The notes below the pieces were generated by a model. That model was given only the letters and a program-made list of their open reading frames with translations, was not told where the DNA came from and did no database searches. A DNA stretch of 64,000 nucleotides from Octopus vulgaris (lineage: Eukaryota). This document shows, one piece after another, positions 1 through 14,870 of this stretch; the stretch's first letter is position 1; the number at the start of each line of letters is the position of its first letter. The DNA lies in assembly GCA_951406725.2 (NCBI GenBank), contig OX597825.1:43958001-44022000 (forward strand), written 5' to 3'. Made by a program: the position numbers and the translations under genes.

Positions 1-209
1 TCCATGTTAGAAAGGGCTTTAATCAAAGTAATTTTAATTCCGTTATTCTGTAAAATAATATGTAATTAGTTTAAATGTACACAAATGCATAAAAATAATT
101 TTTAATTCCATTCGACATTCTAAAATACTATTAAATTTCATTCAATTTTAAAAAAGGTAAAATTAGACAGAACTTATGGGATGACCTTATATATATAGAT
201 TTATATGTA

Positions 210-246
<37 letters not shown>

Positions 247-336
247 GTTTAAATATTTGTTGTGCAAGATTTTTTATGTGAAGTCGTGTGTTGAAACAGA
301 TATTGTTATATTTCGGAATGGACCATTCCGAAATAT

Positions 337-341
<5 letters not shown>

Positions 342-392
<51 letters not shown>
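342..392. repeat. (TA)n microsatellite; representative of many (also ~190-246, 1016-1157, 1957-2101, 3306-3651, 4209-4275, 36265-37024, 43885-44009, 62927-62965)
   Basis: Direct dinucleotide/tetranucleotide runs; they explain the many YIYIYI/MYVC ORFs. Confidence 0.98.
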
Positions 393-1119
<727 letters not shown>

Positions 1120-1157
1120 TATACATACATATATATATATATATACATATATATATA

Positions 1158-1955
1158 ATGGGCCGTGACTGCTGAGGATATGCGTAACCTCGCAAGAAAT
1201 GAAGCCAGTATGCTCCGATGGATGTGTAATGTCAGTGTTCATACTCGACAGGGTGTAAGTACCTTGAGAGAGAAGTTGGACCTAAGAAGCATCAGTTGTG
1301 GTGTGCAACAGAGACGTTTGCGCTGGTATGGTCATGTGGCGAGAATGGATAAAGATAGTTGTGTGAAAAAGTGCCACACCCTAGCGGTTGAGGGAACCTG
1401 GTAGACCCAGCAAAACCTGGGACGAGGTGGTGAAGCACGACCTTCGAACTTTAGGTCTCACTGAGGAAATGACTAGAGACCGAGACATTTGGAAGTATGC
1501 TGTGCGTGAGAAGACCCGGCAGGACAAGTGAGGCCATTACCCGTGGCCTCTACCTGGGATGTAGCCAGTCCACTTATGCATACCTTTCCTTCTTGGAACA
1601 CAAAACTCTACTTGTGAAGACCTGTTGAGGCAAGTGAAAATCAAAATCGAAATCAAAATCGTAATCGATCAACATCAATTGAATTTGTAGCTGTGATACC
1701 AGTGCCGGTAGCACGTAAGAGAACCATCCGAACGTGGCCGTAGCCAGCGCCGCCCTGACTGCCTCCGTGCCGGTGGCACGTAAAAAGCACCAACTACACT
1801 CACGGAGTGGTTAGCGTTAGGAAGGGCATCTAGCTATAGAAACACTGCCAGATCAGACTGGGCCTGGTGCAGCTTGCTGGCTTCCCAGACCCCAGTTGAA
1901 CCGCCCAACCCATGCTAGCATGGAAAGCGGACGTTAAACGATGATGATGATGATG

Positions 1956-1956
<1 letters not shown>
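1158..1956 (+). mobile_element. RTE-clade LINE family A, 3' end with 3' UTR and (GAT)n tail
   Basis: [22 protein letters not shown]...RLRWYGHVARMD; near-identical to copies at 21.1, 24.0, 35.1 and 40.6 kb; ends in gatgatgat. Confidence 0.93.
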
Positions 1957-2011
<55 letters not shown>

Positions 2012-2034
2012 GCATATATATATATACATACATA

Positions 2035-2101
<67 letters not shown>

Positions 2102-2105
<4 letters not shown>

Positions 2106-3305
2106 AGAGTTCACGAAAAAAACAAAAGACGAAGACAAGTGGCGTACAAAACAAACAGATGTATGAGTATAACGCTCAGGAATTGAAAAAGTCTTTTAAT
2201 TTTTTAGCCTACGCTCTTCTACAGAAAGGGACACAGAAAAAAAACAAGGAGAGAAAAAAATGTGTGAAGTGGTTACCGATCTATCATGGCGACTGCAGGA
2301 CAGAAGGGTCCTGCAGGACAGGAGAGCGAAGAAGTAGGGGAAATAACAAAATAGTAATGATCCGAAAACGAAGGTACACGTGTGTGTAAGAGAGTACGTA
2401 TGTGCGTGTGAAAGAGGGCTGGTGGTCTGGACGTGTGCGTGTATGTATGTGTAGGTGTGAAAATGTGGGGATGGGAACTTGTCAGTGCTGGTGTGTGGGT
2501 GGTGTCTTGTGATGTGATGTGTAATGTTGTATGGTGTAGTGTGGTGTGGTGTGATGTTGTTGGGAAGTGGGGGAGGCGAGAGTGGGAAAAGCACGGGCGG
2601 GGTGTGGGTTCGGCTGAGGGTTGGGGTAGAGGTGAGGTTTGTGGGTAGGCAAAGGGTAGGCTCGAAGTGGGGTATGTGAGAGAGAGTGTAGGGGATAGGA
2701 TGGGGGGGATCGGAATGTGTAGGGGTGGGGTGGGCTTATAGGGAAGGTTGATGATGAAGAGGGAAGGGGAAGGTGAGTGTGTGAGGAGAGAGAGTAAGAG
2801 AGAAGAGAGAAAGAGAGTAAAAGAGAAGAAAGAAAGAGAGAGTGAAAGAGTAAGAGAGAAGATGAAAGAGTAAGAGAGAAGAGAGAAAGAGAGTAAGAGA
2901 GAAGAGAGAAAGTGAGTATGGGTGAAGAGAAGTAGGAGTGGGGGCAAGAGAGGAGAGTTGGGTGGGAGGAAGTAGGAGGGAGGGGGAGAGGAGCAAGTGG
3001 AGGAGGTTAGATGAAGGAGAGTTGAGCCCAAATGGCGTAAAGGAGTGAAGAGAGAAGATTAATCCCTGTTCACGGCGCAAACGGGAGTCAGGATGGCCTC
3101 TGTACATGGACAATCCGAACACGGACAGGTGTTGCAAAGTGTGACTGGTAAAGCGGAAATGGCGTGAGACCGGGGTGTCATTGCCGAGGCCGATGTCTCG
3201 GAGGTGTTCCGCGAACCGGTCAGCCAAGCGGCGTCCCGTTTGTCCGATGTACAGAGAATGACAGAGAGAGCAGGAGATGCAACAGATGATATTGGTGGAG
3301 GTGCA
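2102..3305 (-). mobile_element. Penelope-like element 3' fragment: GIY-YIG endonuclease plus terminal repeat
   Basis: [38 protein letters not shown]...PVSRHF...[19 protein letters not shown] is the PLE GIY-YIG pattern (YIGQT, RxxEH, E, GLN); degenerate hammerhead-like motif at ~2190-2230. Confidence 0.9.
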
Positions 3306-3332
3306 TACATATATATATATATATATATATAC

Positions 3333-3367
<35 letters not shown>

Positions 3368-3583
3368 TGTATGTATGTATGTATGTATGTATGTATGTAT
3401 GTATGTATGAATGTATGTATGTATGTATATATATGTGTGTGTGTATGTGTGTGTTTGTGTGTGTGTGTATAAATGTATGTATGCATGTATATATGTGTAT
3501 AAATATATATGTACATATAACATATACATCTATATAAATACATATATACATATTCATCAATACATATACATATATACTATATG

Positions 3584-3651
<68 letters not shown>

Positions 3652-3655
<4 letters not shown>

Positions 3656-4206
3656 AAAGGAGATCTCATGGAGAGTAAGGGCCGGATGGAAGGCATTTAA
3701 TGGCATAAGGGATGTGCTCAAGAAAAGGTTGGACAGGACTACCCGCGCCAACCTCATCAATAACACAGTTCTACCTGCAATGTTATATAGTAGTGAAACA
3801 TGGGCTACAACAAAGAGAGAAGAACAGAGATTGGTGACGGCTCAAAGAGCCATGGAGAGGTCAATGCTTGGAATCTCGTTGAGAGAGCACATCAGTAGCG
3901 AGGTCATCAGAGAGAAGTCCGGCGTGAGGGATGTCATCGTAGAATATACACGCAGCAAGTTTAGATGGGCTGGACACGTCACCCGGCTCACCGATAGTCG
4001 GTGGACCCGCGCAGTTGTCGAGTGGTACCCGCGCAAGCAGAAACGACCACTCGGAAGGCCTCCACGACGGTTGAGTTACGATTTCAGGAGGGCGATTGGG
4101 GTCACATGGATGAGAAAGCCGCGATCCAAAGAGGAGTGGACAGCGTGCTGTGACCAGCGGTGTCAAATGGACGCCGAACGGACTGATCGGTCAAGGTGAT
4201 CAAGGT

Positions 4207-4209
<3 letters not shown>
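3652..4209 (+). mobile_element. RTE-clade LINE (RTE-1-like family), 3' fragment
   Basis: [13 protein letters not shown]...VLPAMLYSSETW...QRAMERSMLGISL...KFRWAGHVTR...WYPRKQKRPLGRPPRR with no internal stops; short tandem tail tcaaggtgatcaaggtg. Confidence 0.9.
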
Positions 4210-4275
<66 letters not shown>

Positions 4276-4278
<3 letters not shown>

Positions 4279-4598
4279 TGTATGTATGTATGTACATATG
4301 TGAGATAATGGTTTCACTTTAATGGTTTCAATATCAATAGTGAAACTATTAAACTGAAAATATTTCACGTTACAATAGAGAGATGTTATTTTTTCACTTT
4401 TGACACGTAATATTGAAATATTGTAAGAGATAAGAGATTGCATTAGGCAAGAAATTGACATTTTTTTGCCCATGACACTGCATGGACCTTAAGTAAGGCA
4501 TGTATAAAATTTGAATGAAATCGGTCCGGTAGTTCTCGAGTTGTAGGGATTTACACAGTCACAAACAGACCCACATTCTCAGTTTTATATATTAAGAT
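4276..4598 (-). mobile_element. Non-autonomous Helitron-like repeat, 5' portion
   Basis: Reverse strand begins a|TCttaatatataaaactgagaatgt...ctgtttgtg, similar to 20682 on + (TCtatatatataaagttgagaatgtctgtctgtttgtg). Confidence 0.55.
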
Positions 4599-7500
4599 TG
4601 TGCGATACTTCAAAAATTAGCTGACATTCTAATTAAAAAGTATTAATTGTAATGTGTTAACATAATATTGATTACATATATCTCTGAATTAGTGTTAATG
4701 GTAAGGAGAAGCCGATGGAGAATTTTTTTTCTTTTATTGAATAAAAAAATGAATTGTCTATGATTTCGCACATGCGAGGATTGAAGCTGGACATTCTCTT
4801 TGTAAATTTCAACACTGAAAATGTAAATGTTACACTTTATAAGAATCGTTCTTCCTGGTAATGGTGGTGGTGGTAGTTTCTTTTTTGTTGACGTAGTGGA
4901 ATTGGTTACTGATGATTGCAGTAGTTTTTACCTACTGACATTGTTTCACTACGATCCTGAAATATTAGGAAGAGGGGTACGACTACCGCCGATGAGAATA
5001 GAGCTGTAAAATAGGAAGCATGAATATTTTTCAAAGAATTTTGAAAGGGTGAGTTAGGCCACACATGTCCACTGTCATTAATGAAACATAAACTTTAAAA
5101 TGGGGCACAGCACTTGCATGGCTGTTTACTTTCGAATAAATGCACAAGCGCATCGCATGTTCTAAATGGCGTTCTGCTTTTTTCTATTTATTTCAAGATT
5201 AAATCACGAGCATGTGCAGGTGGTGGTGGTGATGGAGTGGACTTATCGAGGACTTAATCGAACACGAGAATAGTGTTCATTACAAGCATAATTTCAACTG
5301 GCGAAATTGAAATTACGGCCATCTTTTAAATTGTCCGTTGATTGTCCTTTGCCTGAAAGTATTCAAAAGTAACTTTTACAGAATATACTGGATGTTACGC
5401 TTTTTTATAGAACTAGTACACGCTTTCAAGCAAAAATCTCACATTGTGGAGCAGATTTGTCATTACAGTAACATTAAGACTGTTTCATTTGAACCAAATT
5501 AAGTCTTCTTAAATTAAAAGAAAATATAAGCAAGCTTATCATTTAACACCTTGGAGTCAAAATAAGGCGATCGATTGACAGAATTTGTGTCAGACTGGCG
5601 GTATTTATTCTGCCCTCTGTTGTATAACTCTGTCACCCTATCGAAGTCGATAAAATAAAGTACAAATGTACATTATTTTATCGATTTCGGTGTTACTGGA
5701 GGTCAATTTCTCTTTCTCTAAGAATCGGTTGACCTCAATCAAATGAGGATGCCGACTGGTCCTAAGTCCAGATATAAGAGCAGAGTTGAAGCAAGGGACA
5801 AGTAGCTTCTTATATAGCTTACTAGCTTACTACAGGAACCGTTCTGAGAAATCAAAGGAAATCTTTCCAGCTCCGATGCAAACATGGCAGGTGTAGACAG
5901 CCTGAAGTGTGATGCAGAAGAGACGAATTAAGAACTAAAGATAGTCAAATGAGTTCATTAATGAGTTCAGTACAGATCAAGTTAGAAAAGTTGTTTTTTT
6001 TATCAGAACGTAAGCTTCTTAAATATTGCTTTCTTGCAAATGCAAAAGACATCAAATTTGGATCAAAGGAACAGTCGATTGTATCGAACCTGTCCGAAGA
6101 GTAAAACTGACCTTGGCAGGAAGTGGGTTCAAAGTATAAACAAGGGAACGTATCTTTTAACTATACTGCCGTTGGGAAGGTAATTGTGTTTACTACTCCT
6201 GATTCGTCACATATATCTAACTTCATTGGTTGTACGATATGTTGATCTCAATAAAGTTACAAATATAAAGAAAAAGATTCATTGGTTTTATCGACTATAC
6301 TCAAAAGAAAGGCTATGATGTGACCAGATTAATATTTGATAGTCTACAATAAACACAATATTCTATTCTCTATCAGTTGTGGTCAAGGCTCTAATAATGG
6401 GTCTAGTCATGCCTGGCTGTTGTAATGGTTGTCAAGTAATTTAAAACCACTTTATTCCATTGCGTATTTTCTTTTTGTGTCTGTCACTGTTTCAATGTAC
6501 GTGGAGTTAGGGCAGTTGATTCTTGCAATCAAATCACTACTTTCACGGGATCTGTTCTAAATTTCTATAATGTAATATAAATGTTCTCAACGAAAGAAAT
6601 TCTTTAAGAATTTCACTGAGTATTAACTCAGTAGTCAGCAAAAACCTGAAAAGGTTAAGACTTCTGTAGTTTACATTCCTGACCTACAAAAAGCAATTAT
6701 GCCCTTTGTTACTCTGAATCAAACTGTAGGAAACGATTTTAAATCTGGGAGGAGTTATTTAAATTCCTTTGAGGGAACTATCGTCATGACATTAATTGAA
6801 ATGAAAATTTCCTGTCTAATATTGTTTTTCGATATAGGAGTATACAATTGTTGTAGAAGAAATAATTTGAAATATTTTGAAATCAATTTTTCAACAAGAC
6901 AAACATGAGAAAGTAATGAATATATTTATTCTACCACTAAGGATAGGTTTAAGGAAGAAATATTTTACGTCATATTCGTCTCGGTTATTAAAATGTTTCA
7001 GGACGTTCCAATGTTGCATCATATTTCTGAAATATATTTGGATCCATTAGAAATGATCAGATTGAGCTTAAAGATAATTAATTGCTTGAAACGTATAATA
7101 TTGATGTTCCGACTGATATGAAAAATTAAATATTCCTTTTAAAATCAAATATTTCTCCAACTCCAATTCCACCAACGGAATTATTAAATAAACTTATCGA
7201 GCTGCATCTTCAAGTACTCTTCTTTAATGTAACTATAATACTTTGAAGATTTTGCTGCCTGCCAGCAAATTTATGGATCTTGGTTGTCAAATCATTTGCA
7301 TGCGAATTTAATTATGACTAACTGATATTATAAATATAATAGTTTGACTTGATAAAATAAAGTTGGTTTTATAATGCTTTGGCATGATTATAATCATGAT
7401 TATAATGTAATATTTCTGTGTATATTACAGTGGAATAGACTTGGCTATCCACGCCGTTGGCTATGGCAGTATGCTAAACAGGTGATAAATTATATATACC

Positions 7501-9705
7501 ATCCACTCAAACTTACAAGAGAGCCCTTACGTTATCGTTCGACTGTTAGAAATAGCTATCAAATATCATTCAAATCATATCTTGTCATCATGAAAACAGA
7601 ACTTAATGAAGACGGTGGTTTAGTAGACTCATTAGTGAACCGCAATTAAATACCTACGGTACTTAGAGCTCTTTTTTTCTATTCTGACTTCAAATCCTGC
7701 AGTAGTCACTTTTGCTATTTTTTCTTCTCGAATCGATAGAATAAAACATTAGTCATGTATTGGTACAAATTTAATATTTCTATATCCGAAATGTCAATGA
7801 TATAATAGAAGATATTATAGTCTTAGCTATATCAAAAGATGTAAAGGTCATTATTGGAATGCCTTTGATCATACCTTTTCTCATTCAAAGCTCAAGTAGG
7901 GTAAAGACAACAACAACAACGACAGGAGAGCCTTTACGAGGGAATACATACGCAATAATACGTACTCAATAATGTAGTCGGAAACAAACTACGTCCGGAA
8001 GAAAGGCAGGGTATTCATAGCGGGAACGCCTTTGATTATAAGTGTACGTGACCAAAGTTGGTCTAAAAAGCAACTTCTAAGGAGATGAAGTGGGATACTG
8101 AAAAGTGATCACACGTATGCGGTGACGGCTGATCCTGAGTAAAAGTTTTGGTATTTTACATTTCTAAATTTGTATGGCATCTGACCTGAGGCTGATGACC
8201 TCAGCACCGATCTAACTGATAACTCTCATCTACTCCCTAAGCAACATGTCTCTATATTGGAGAGTATAAACTGTCACTTGTTTTCGAACATCATGCTATT
8301 ACTTTATCTGCTAAAAATACTATCAAAACCAATTCTAAACCAAACACTGACGTCAAAGAAGAAGATAATGCAGTCTAGAATAGATATAACGAAAAAGACG
8401 AGGAAGTCATGGTTAGAATACCTTTCACCATAAATCTTTTCTGCAGGGCCTACATGAGAGTAAATAACAGCCACTAATCAACACCACTACCACCCAGGCT
8501 ATTAACATCATTTTCACTAATGCACCACCCCAGCCAACTACGCCTTACAGCGACATTGGTGACGATAAACGCATTTCAGCGCGATAAATCTTTGGGATAG
8601 AAAAAGTTGAAGGCTGCTCATGGAACTCGAACCCATATATTATGGAAACATGACGTTTGAAAAGTATAATTGAAGTAATAAAAAGAAACATTGACGAATT
8701 TCATATGAAATTTTACGTCTTTGAAAGATTGTTTTTATTATTAATAAAATTATTATTTAAAATATTTAACACTGTGTTGAACTCTACGGATTGAAAGAAA
8801 AGTACCGATGTCGTATTGGCTTACGAATTATTTTGCGGTGAAATTGTATGTGATGTATATACTACGATCACACACAGACACACACACACACAGAGGAAAA
8901 AGGACTTGTAAGAAGAGGACAGAGCAGTGTGGATCATCTGATCGTAAAATACGTGGCAAATCATCCCCGGACTCAAACCACAGCAGATCGATAAATATTA
9001 CAACAAAGACCTCTTCCCGACAGGTTATGAAAATGGTGCATCAGATAGTACTCAGAGGAAACCGAGGGTTCTGTGGCCTGTCGCTAATGAGAAAGGAAAA
9101 TATAAAGAGTTTGAAAACAAGGTATGTCGAGCTCTTTATAAAATGATAGACTCTGCAGTGGAGAAACTGGGAAAGTTAACAAGTTGAATTTACGATACAG
9201 AAAGGAATTATTTGTCTTTTACTGTTTATAATTTGTACTGTCTTTACTGTCCTGTTTTTGTTACCATTTTTACCCCTCCGCAAAAAAATCTCAAATTTTA
9301 TTTAATTTGCTTTTTGCAGGAAGGAATGTTTCAATGAAGTCGTGTCTCGCCTTGACCTTCGAAACGCGGAGTAGATGAAACAGAGGCGACTGAAGAAGGG
9401 AATTTTCTTTGTATTGTACGTCCTGTACTCTATTTTTTCGTTGTTTAAGAAAAATGTCCATTTCCTTGGTTTTGTGATTATGTTTTCGTTTCTCATTGTG
9501 TTCGACGTTTTTTTTTGTGTGTCCTGTACACATATATGCATGTATATATACATGTAGATGTAGGTATGTACATATATGTATGTATATATGCATATGTTTT
9601 ATTTATTAATTTGTTATTATATGACAGAACGCACGCATCCATTTCTAAGTAAGTTTGTTCAATATATATCTATCTATCTACCTACCTACCTACCTACCTA
9701 CCTAC

Positions 9706-9781
<76 letters not shown>

Positions 9782-10020
9782 AAGGGCTTTAGTCGAAGAA
9801 ATCGGCCCCAAGACCTATTCTTTGTAAGCCTAGTACTTATTCTATTGGCCTCTTTGCTGAACCGCTAAGTTACAGGGATATAAACATACCAGCATCGGTT
9901 GTCAAGCGACAGCGGGTTTCTTCAAGTTTCCGTCTTGGTCGGCACGAGACTGTAGTAAAAGGTAGTTGTCCAAGATTCCACCCGGAACTATGTGGTTGGG
10001 AAGCAAGCTTCTTACCACCG
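9782..10020 (-). mobile_element. tRNA-derived SINE family B, degenerate copy
   Basis: Reverse complement of segments seen at 16.5, 22.3 and 33.3 kb (aataagtactaggcttacaaagaata; ggtaagaagcttgcttcccaaccacat). Confidence 0.8.
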
Positions 10021-10529
10021 CTAGATTCCTTCTACATTCACAGTCGTGAACAGCCTAGGATGAAACTTGAGTGAGCTGTCATTTTTTTTATATATCTATA
10101 TGTGTGTCGAATTGAAAGAAAATACACTTCTTTTTCTGTTGAGCTGTATTGCCTGTGTCTTTGTTTTTGATTTTCTGTCTCACTCGTTTGTAGTTGTCCT
10201 CTGTGTTCCAAGCTCTTTCCTCTGTAATATCCCCCACTTTCTCGATGTTTTGTTATCTCTGTCGCATCCAGAGGTGTAGTTTTATGGCATTAAGTCGAAA
10301 TTGTGCTGATTCTGGCCCCTATGCGTTTGACGAGAGGTGTCCCATGTTTCCTTTTCCGTTAATCATTTTCTGTAAAGTTTAACTTTAATTAACCCCCCCC
10401 ACACACACACACATTACATACGTACATTTGCACACAAATGTTTCTATATCAGCGTCCTTGGTTTAGCTTGTCACATCTACATTGATTTATCAATCCGAAA
10501 AGAATGTTATCTTGAATTTTTTACGTATT

Positions 10530-11720
10530 TGGTTTTCTCCATCATTCGGCTTTATCTTCTTACCTTCTTTCCACAATACAACAAGGGCCTATTTATCTTC
10601 ACTCCGATATCACCCACATGTATGCAGATGATACAGCCCTTCCCTCCTGCTAACCTTCCGCACTGTGTATTATCCACATTTAATCTCAACTTAACCACCA
10701 AATCTAACTACATGAATAGAGACAATTCGATATCATCTTCCAATGATTTTATGGCAATCTTGTTTCTTTCAACACTTCAGAAAACTATATCGCAGTTTCC
10801 TTCAAAATTCGAACTAGTACACAAAGTCACTGTTAATGTTAAATCATTGATGGTCTCTCTAGGCGATCTCACATTCTCAGTTTAGTAAAAACTGCACCAC
10901 AAAAGGTGTTGTCGTGAGGCTGCCAGGTCACCATTCTGGTGGAGCCGCCATGTTGGATGTGTAGTGTGTAGGCCAGCTGGGTCACATTGTGCGTAAATGT
11001 CTGAAGTCGTTTCTTGCACGAGATGGTCTGTTCGAGTGCCCGAAGTGGTCTGGTCTTGAAGCTCTGCCTTCCGTGAGTGCCCAATGTGATCTATGTGAAT
11101 ACTCGAGGCCGTTCTGGCTGAATTAGCCGCCAAACGGTTTTTAAAGGGTGAAAAGGAGAGAGAATTTTTGATCACCCGAGGAGTCATATCACGGCATAGC
11201 CCTATGCTGATTTGTTGATTTACAGATCAATCACGCGAAACTGGTGACTCAATCGTAGTCTTTAACTGAATATCTTGCGGTTGAGGTTCAAATCCTTACA
11301 CTGTCTTCTTTCTATAGAGCAAGAAAATCTTTCAAGTTCCAACGATTAGCTACACTGACCAATGTTCAAGGAAAACCCACAACTCAGTATTGCTTCTATA
11401 TTTGGGATGTGCTGCTACTACACGCACAGAAGTACTAGACACATCACCCACTTACTAAGAAGTTTGCTCCCCGACACACGCCAACTTCTGCTGTCGCTTT
11501 ACTCCGCATTTTCTACCACTACTACAATGGCCTCAGCTGCTGGGACCTCGCTAGTGGTGTCAACTCTACTTAAGGATTCCTGACTCATGTTTTCATCTTA
11601 TCACTCCAAGTGTCCACCCACGCAGGTCCACACTGATCACTTTGCTCATTCCTTCTTTCTCGGATCATCTTCCATCGGGAATCCCCATCTTGACCATTAA
11701 TTAGCAGCTTTTTAACTCCC
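10530..11720 (+). pseudogene. Old CR1/L2-group LINE relic interrupted by another insertion (~10910-11300)
   Basis: atg tat gca gat gat aca (MYADDT RT motif) at ~10618; decayed C-terminal segment resembling LFYRYYNGL...HFAHSFF at 11480-11670. Confidence 0.6.
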
Positions 11721-12861
11721 ATATTTCAGGAAATCTGAAAAGTTCAAGGTCACACTCTCGTCCTTCAGACGAAACAATTGGAATGTTTTTTCTTAAAGTT
11801 TATGCTTTTTTTAAAAATTTATGCTATGAGGAGGGTGTTTCAATTAAAGTGTCTCAGTTGCAATCAGCCTGTCTTATGTACGCTTAAGACCAACTTAACC
11901 AATGTCTTCTTTTAAAACTGTAGCGATTTGACTGTTATTTCTAGCAGGCCGGGCGACAATGTAGGCTCATTATAATGTTTACTTATAAAGATACATTCTT
12001 TCCTTCTCTCTCTCTCTCTCTCTCTCGCATGCACTCACACATATGTCAAACCCACCACCACCAGCATCAGCATCAGCACCGTTAAAACTGCATTTCCGTA
12101 CTTAAATGTTCAAGAAATTCTGCAAAACAAAATCTTCTTAGGAGTCTTGTCTACTGGTCCTGTAAGATAAAATTTCAGTGAAACGAAAATAAGGTGTGGC
12201 AAAAGAGACGGGAAGGGCAAGAAAAACTAGAAAAATCAAAGTTAGTAAAGTATTCATGTGAGACGGTTAGATAGATAGAGAATGTAATTAATGTAGATGG
12301 ATAGATGGATTGCAAGAAAGAGTGTGACGGAAGAATAAAGAAAGCAATGTGTTGGATGGATGGATGGTTAGAAAGAGTGTGACGGAGGGATAGACAGCTA
12401 GCAAGATAAAGCAAATGAATAAACTGTCGAGTAACGGAGAGAGAGAGCGCGTCATATGTTGGAATGGTTAAACTGACAAAGGAGAAAAAAAAATCTTCGT
12501 AAACAAAGAAAAAAGGAGTGAGGAGAAGTGTGAACAAATGACTTCTGTGCGTAAGAAAGAGAGAGTGAGGGTGAGAGAAAGGAGGACGGGAAAAGAGAGA
12601 GCGAGAAAAGAGAGTTCTGAGTAGGTGAAAATAAAAAAAAGCAGGTGGAGAAAGGTTTAAATGGAAGGGAAATCACTGATAGTGTTTATTCGGTTGGAGA
12701 AGGAAAGGATGGGTAAAGTTTCTCCGGTTTCCTACTATCCCGCCACCCACATCCAAATCTGCCGCCATCAATCCTCCTAAGCATCACTTCCATCATCATA
12801 ATCATCACGACCACTGTACGCTTGTATCATCAGCGTGGCTGCTGCTGCTGCTACTACCACC

Positions 12862-12905
<44 letters not shown>

Positions 12906-13159
12906 CATGGCAGGTCCTTTGTGTTTCCGTTCGCTACCATCTTGACCGGTTGATAAGACACAGCTGGCTGGTCATGTTATTTAGTGCACAGGATGCTGGT
13001 GACCGACTGCAGTACAAGTAGCCTCACGGACATCTCTACATAAGCATATATATTTTATATAGATTGATAACACAAAGTTATTAAAATTGCCCTCCTAATT
13101 CGGAGACAAGAAACTGTACTTCGCTAGCTTTGTCGCTAATGCCTGCAACAATAACAGCA

Positions 13160-13360
13160 GCAGAGGTCGTTCTAACCTGCTTGAAATAGTAGCCAAATCG
13201 TCCTCAAATCACGAGCTACCGTCTTAAAAAATGATGCGACGGATAAGGTGGTCTGGGATTCTCTGTACGTAATAAAAAGATTAAATGGTCACAGCTAGAA
13301 TGCTTTTGTTCAATATCTGCTCACAGGGTTAGCTTGGGGTTAAGCAAAAATAACAACGAC
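13160..13360 (+). repeat. Dispersed repeat family ending in ...ggtcacggctggaatgcctttgatcat...ggggctaaacaacaac (SINE-like, (AAC)n tail)
   Basis: Related copies at ~7840-7920, 8010-8075, 8390-8470, 17640-17820(-), 18140-18650, 27990-28170(-), 28510-28710, 29400-29495. Confidence 0.7.
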
Positions 13361-14439
13361 ACTAAATCGTAAATTTAATTTGTGGATAAATTATATGTAA
13401 AGGAAAAGAAAAAAAAGTAAACAAGACAAATATATCATTTCTTATCGCCGTTTTTATAGCTTTCACCGAGTCTATTTAACTCTGTATCTCTCTTTACTGA
13501 GCAAGCAACAGCATCTTCATCAACAGCGATGATGGTGGTGCTTTGAAATTTCTTACGAGTTATAAGAAACTGCAATTAACAACGAAAAAAAGTGTAATTT
13601 TATCAAGCTATACAGGATTTGAACTCAGAACATGAAGGAAAATACAAAAAAAGTATAAAAAAAACGAAAAAGTTTTGGCTGGCGTAAACTATTGATTCTT
13701 CCTTCTACTGTCTTAAACCTGTCTCCCTCATTTTAGCACTATTTACAATAACAAACATCGGTGACATTATCAATAAAATATAAATAATTTTACAAGAATA
13801 TTAATAACTATTTAGTATTCTCACGCTACTATATCAACACAATTTACTACTCAACTGAAATAATTACCAGTATCTTTGAAGTGAAATGAGCTATTGGTTA
13901 AAAACATATACTCGCGTGCGCGCACATGTATACATAGATGTACATGTATACATACACGTACATTTCTTAAATATGTGTGTATTGGATGAAATCTTTGAAA
14001 AGCGATCGTAGCACGCTACCTACGTTCAGTTATTGTCCTCCTTTGCACACGTGTACACATACTCACATTCACGCACAAACGCATACAGATACTTTGCTTT
14101 TTTTTTTACTCACGTGTACACATGTATTCTTACTGACGCATACACACATAACAGCCAGGCTTATCAAGTTACATATTCGACTCCATTCATATTCTTCTAA
14201 GCTGGAAGTATTTTATACAATACACAAGTCACTCACACAACTTTTTACATTCCTACAATTATATATAGTAACATGCATACATACGTTGTTTCTTAATGAA
14301 AATACGCATACTGGCATGGAAATGTGGACATACAAACGAAAAATATTTAAAATAGATACAGTAATAAATTTATTATTTCTTCTTTGTGGAGTTGTGATAC
14401 GAATAAAACAAATAACCAGTCATTTTAGCTTTTAAGAGT

Positions 14440-14870
14440 CAGTCTCTCTTTCAACACATTCAGAAACTAATAAGAGCGAAAACGTCAGAAAGAGAGAAAG
14501 TGAGAGTGGAAGACAGAGGAAGTGAGAGAGTGGGGAGAGAGAGAAGGAAGGAAAGTGTGTGTTCTAACTTGTTCTGCTTCTAGTTTGAAATATGTAAGGG
14601 GCAAACACCATCTAGGTTCTGGGGCTTCGCCCAGGGCATATAATAGAGCATTAATGAGGAGAAACGAACCCATGAACACTCAGTCGAAAGTAGAAGTCCA
14701 CATCCTACTATCTCAGTCATTATGGCATCTCACTCTGACTTTACAACACTTTATACACATACATTCACTCACACACGTATACATACATTCACACATGATC
14801 CCATTACACGCACATATATTTCAAGTACTTCTACGTAAGTTTTGACAACGTAAACACCAAGATTTTGGCT
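14440..14870 (+). promoter_or_regulatory. Candidate promoter region (GA-rich tract, TATA-like element, CpG-retaining)
   Basis: GAGA tract 14487-14555, catataata ~14637, unique non-TE CpG-containing sequence directly upstream of a consensus splice donor; inference only. Confidence 0.3.

Noticed and set aside
2196-3031. Long S/L/P/H-rich ORFs
   Set aside because: Low-complexity GA/GT tract in the Penelope tail; no protein signal
5020-5054. Mini coding exon MNIFQRILKG followed by GTGAGT, with NRF1/YY1-like words nearby
   Set aside because: Too short, no downstream exon identifiable; expected by chance in 64 kb
8622-8636. Isolated B box (tgggttcgagttcc on minus strand) as a tRNA
   Set aside because: No acceptor or anticodon stems visible; likely a SINE head relic or chance
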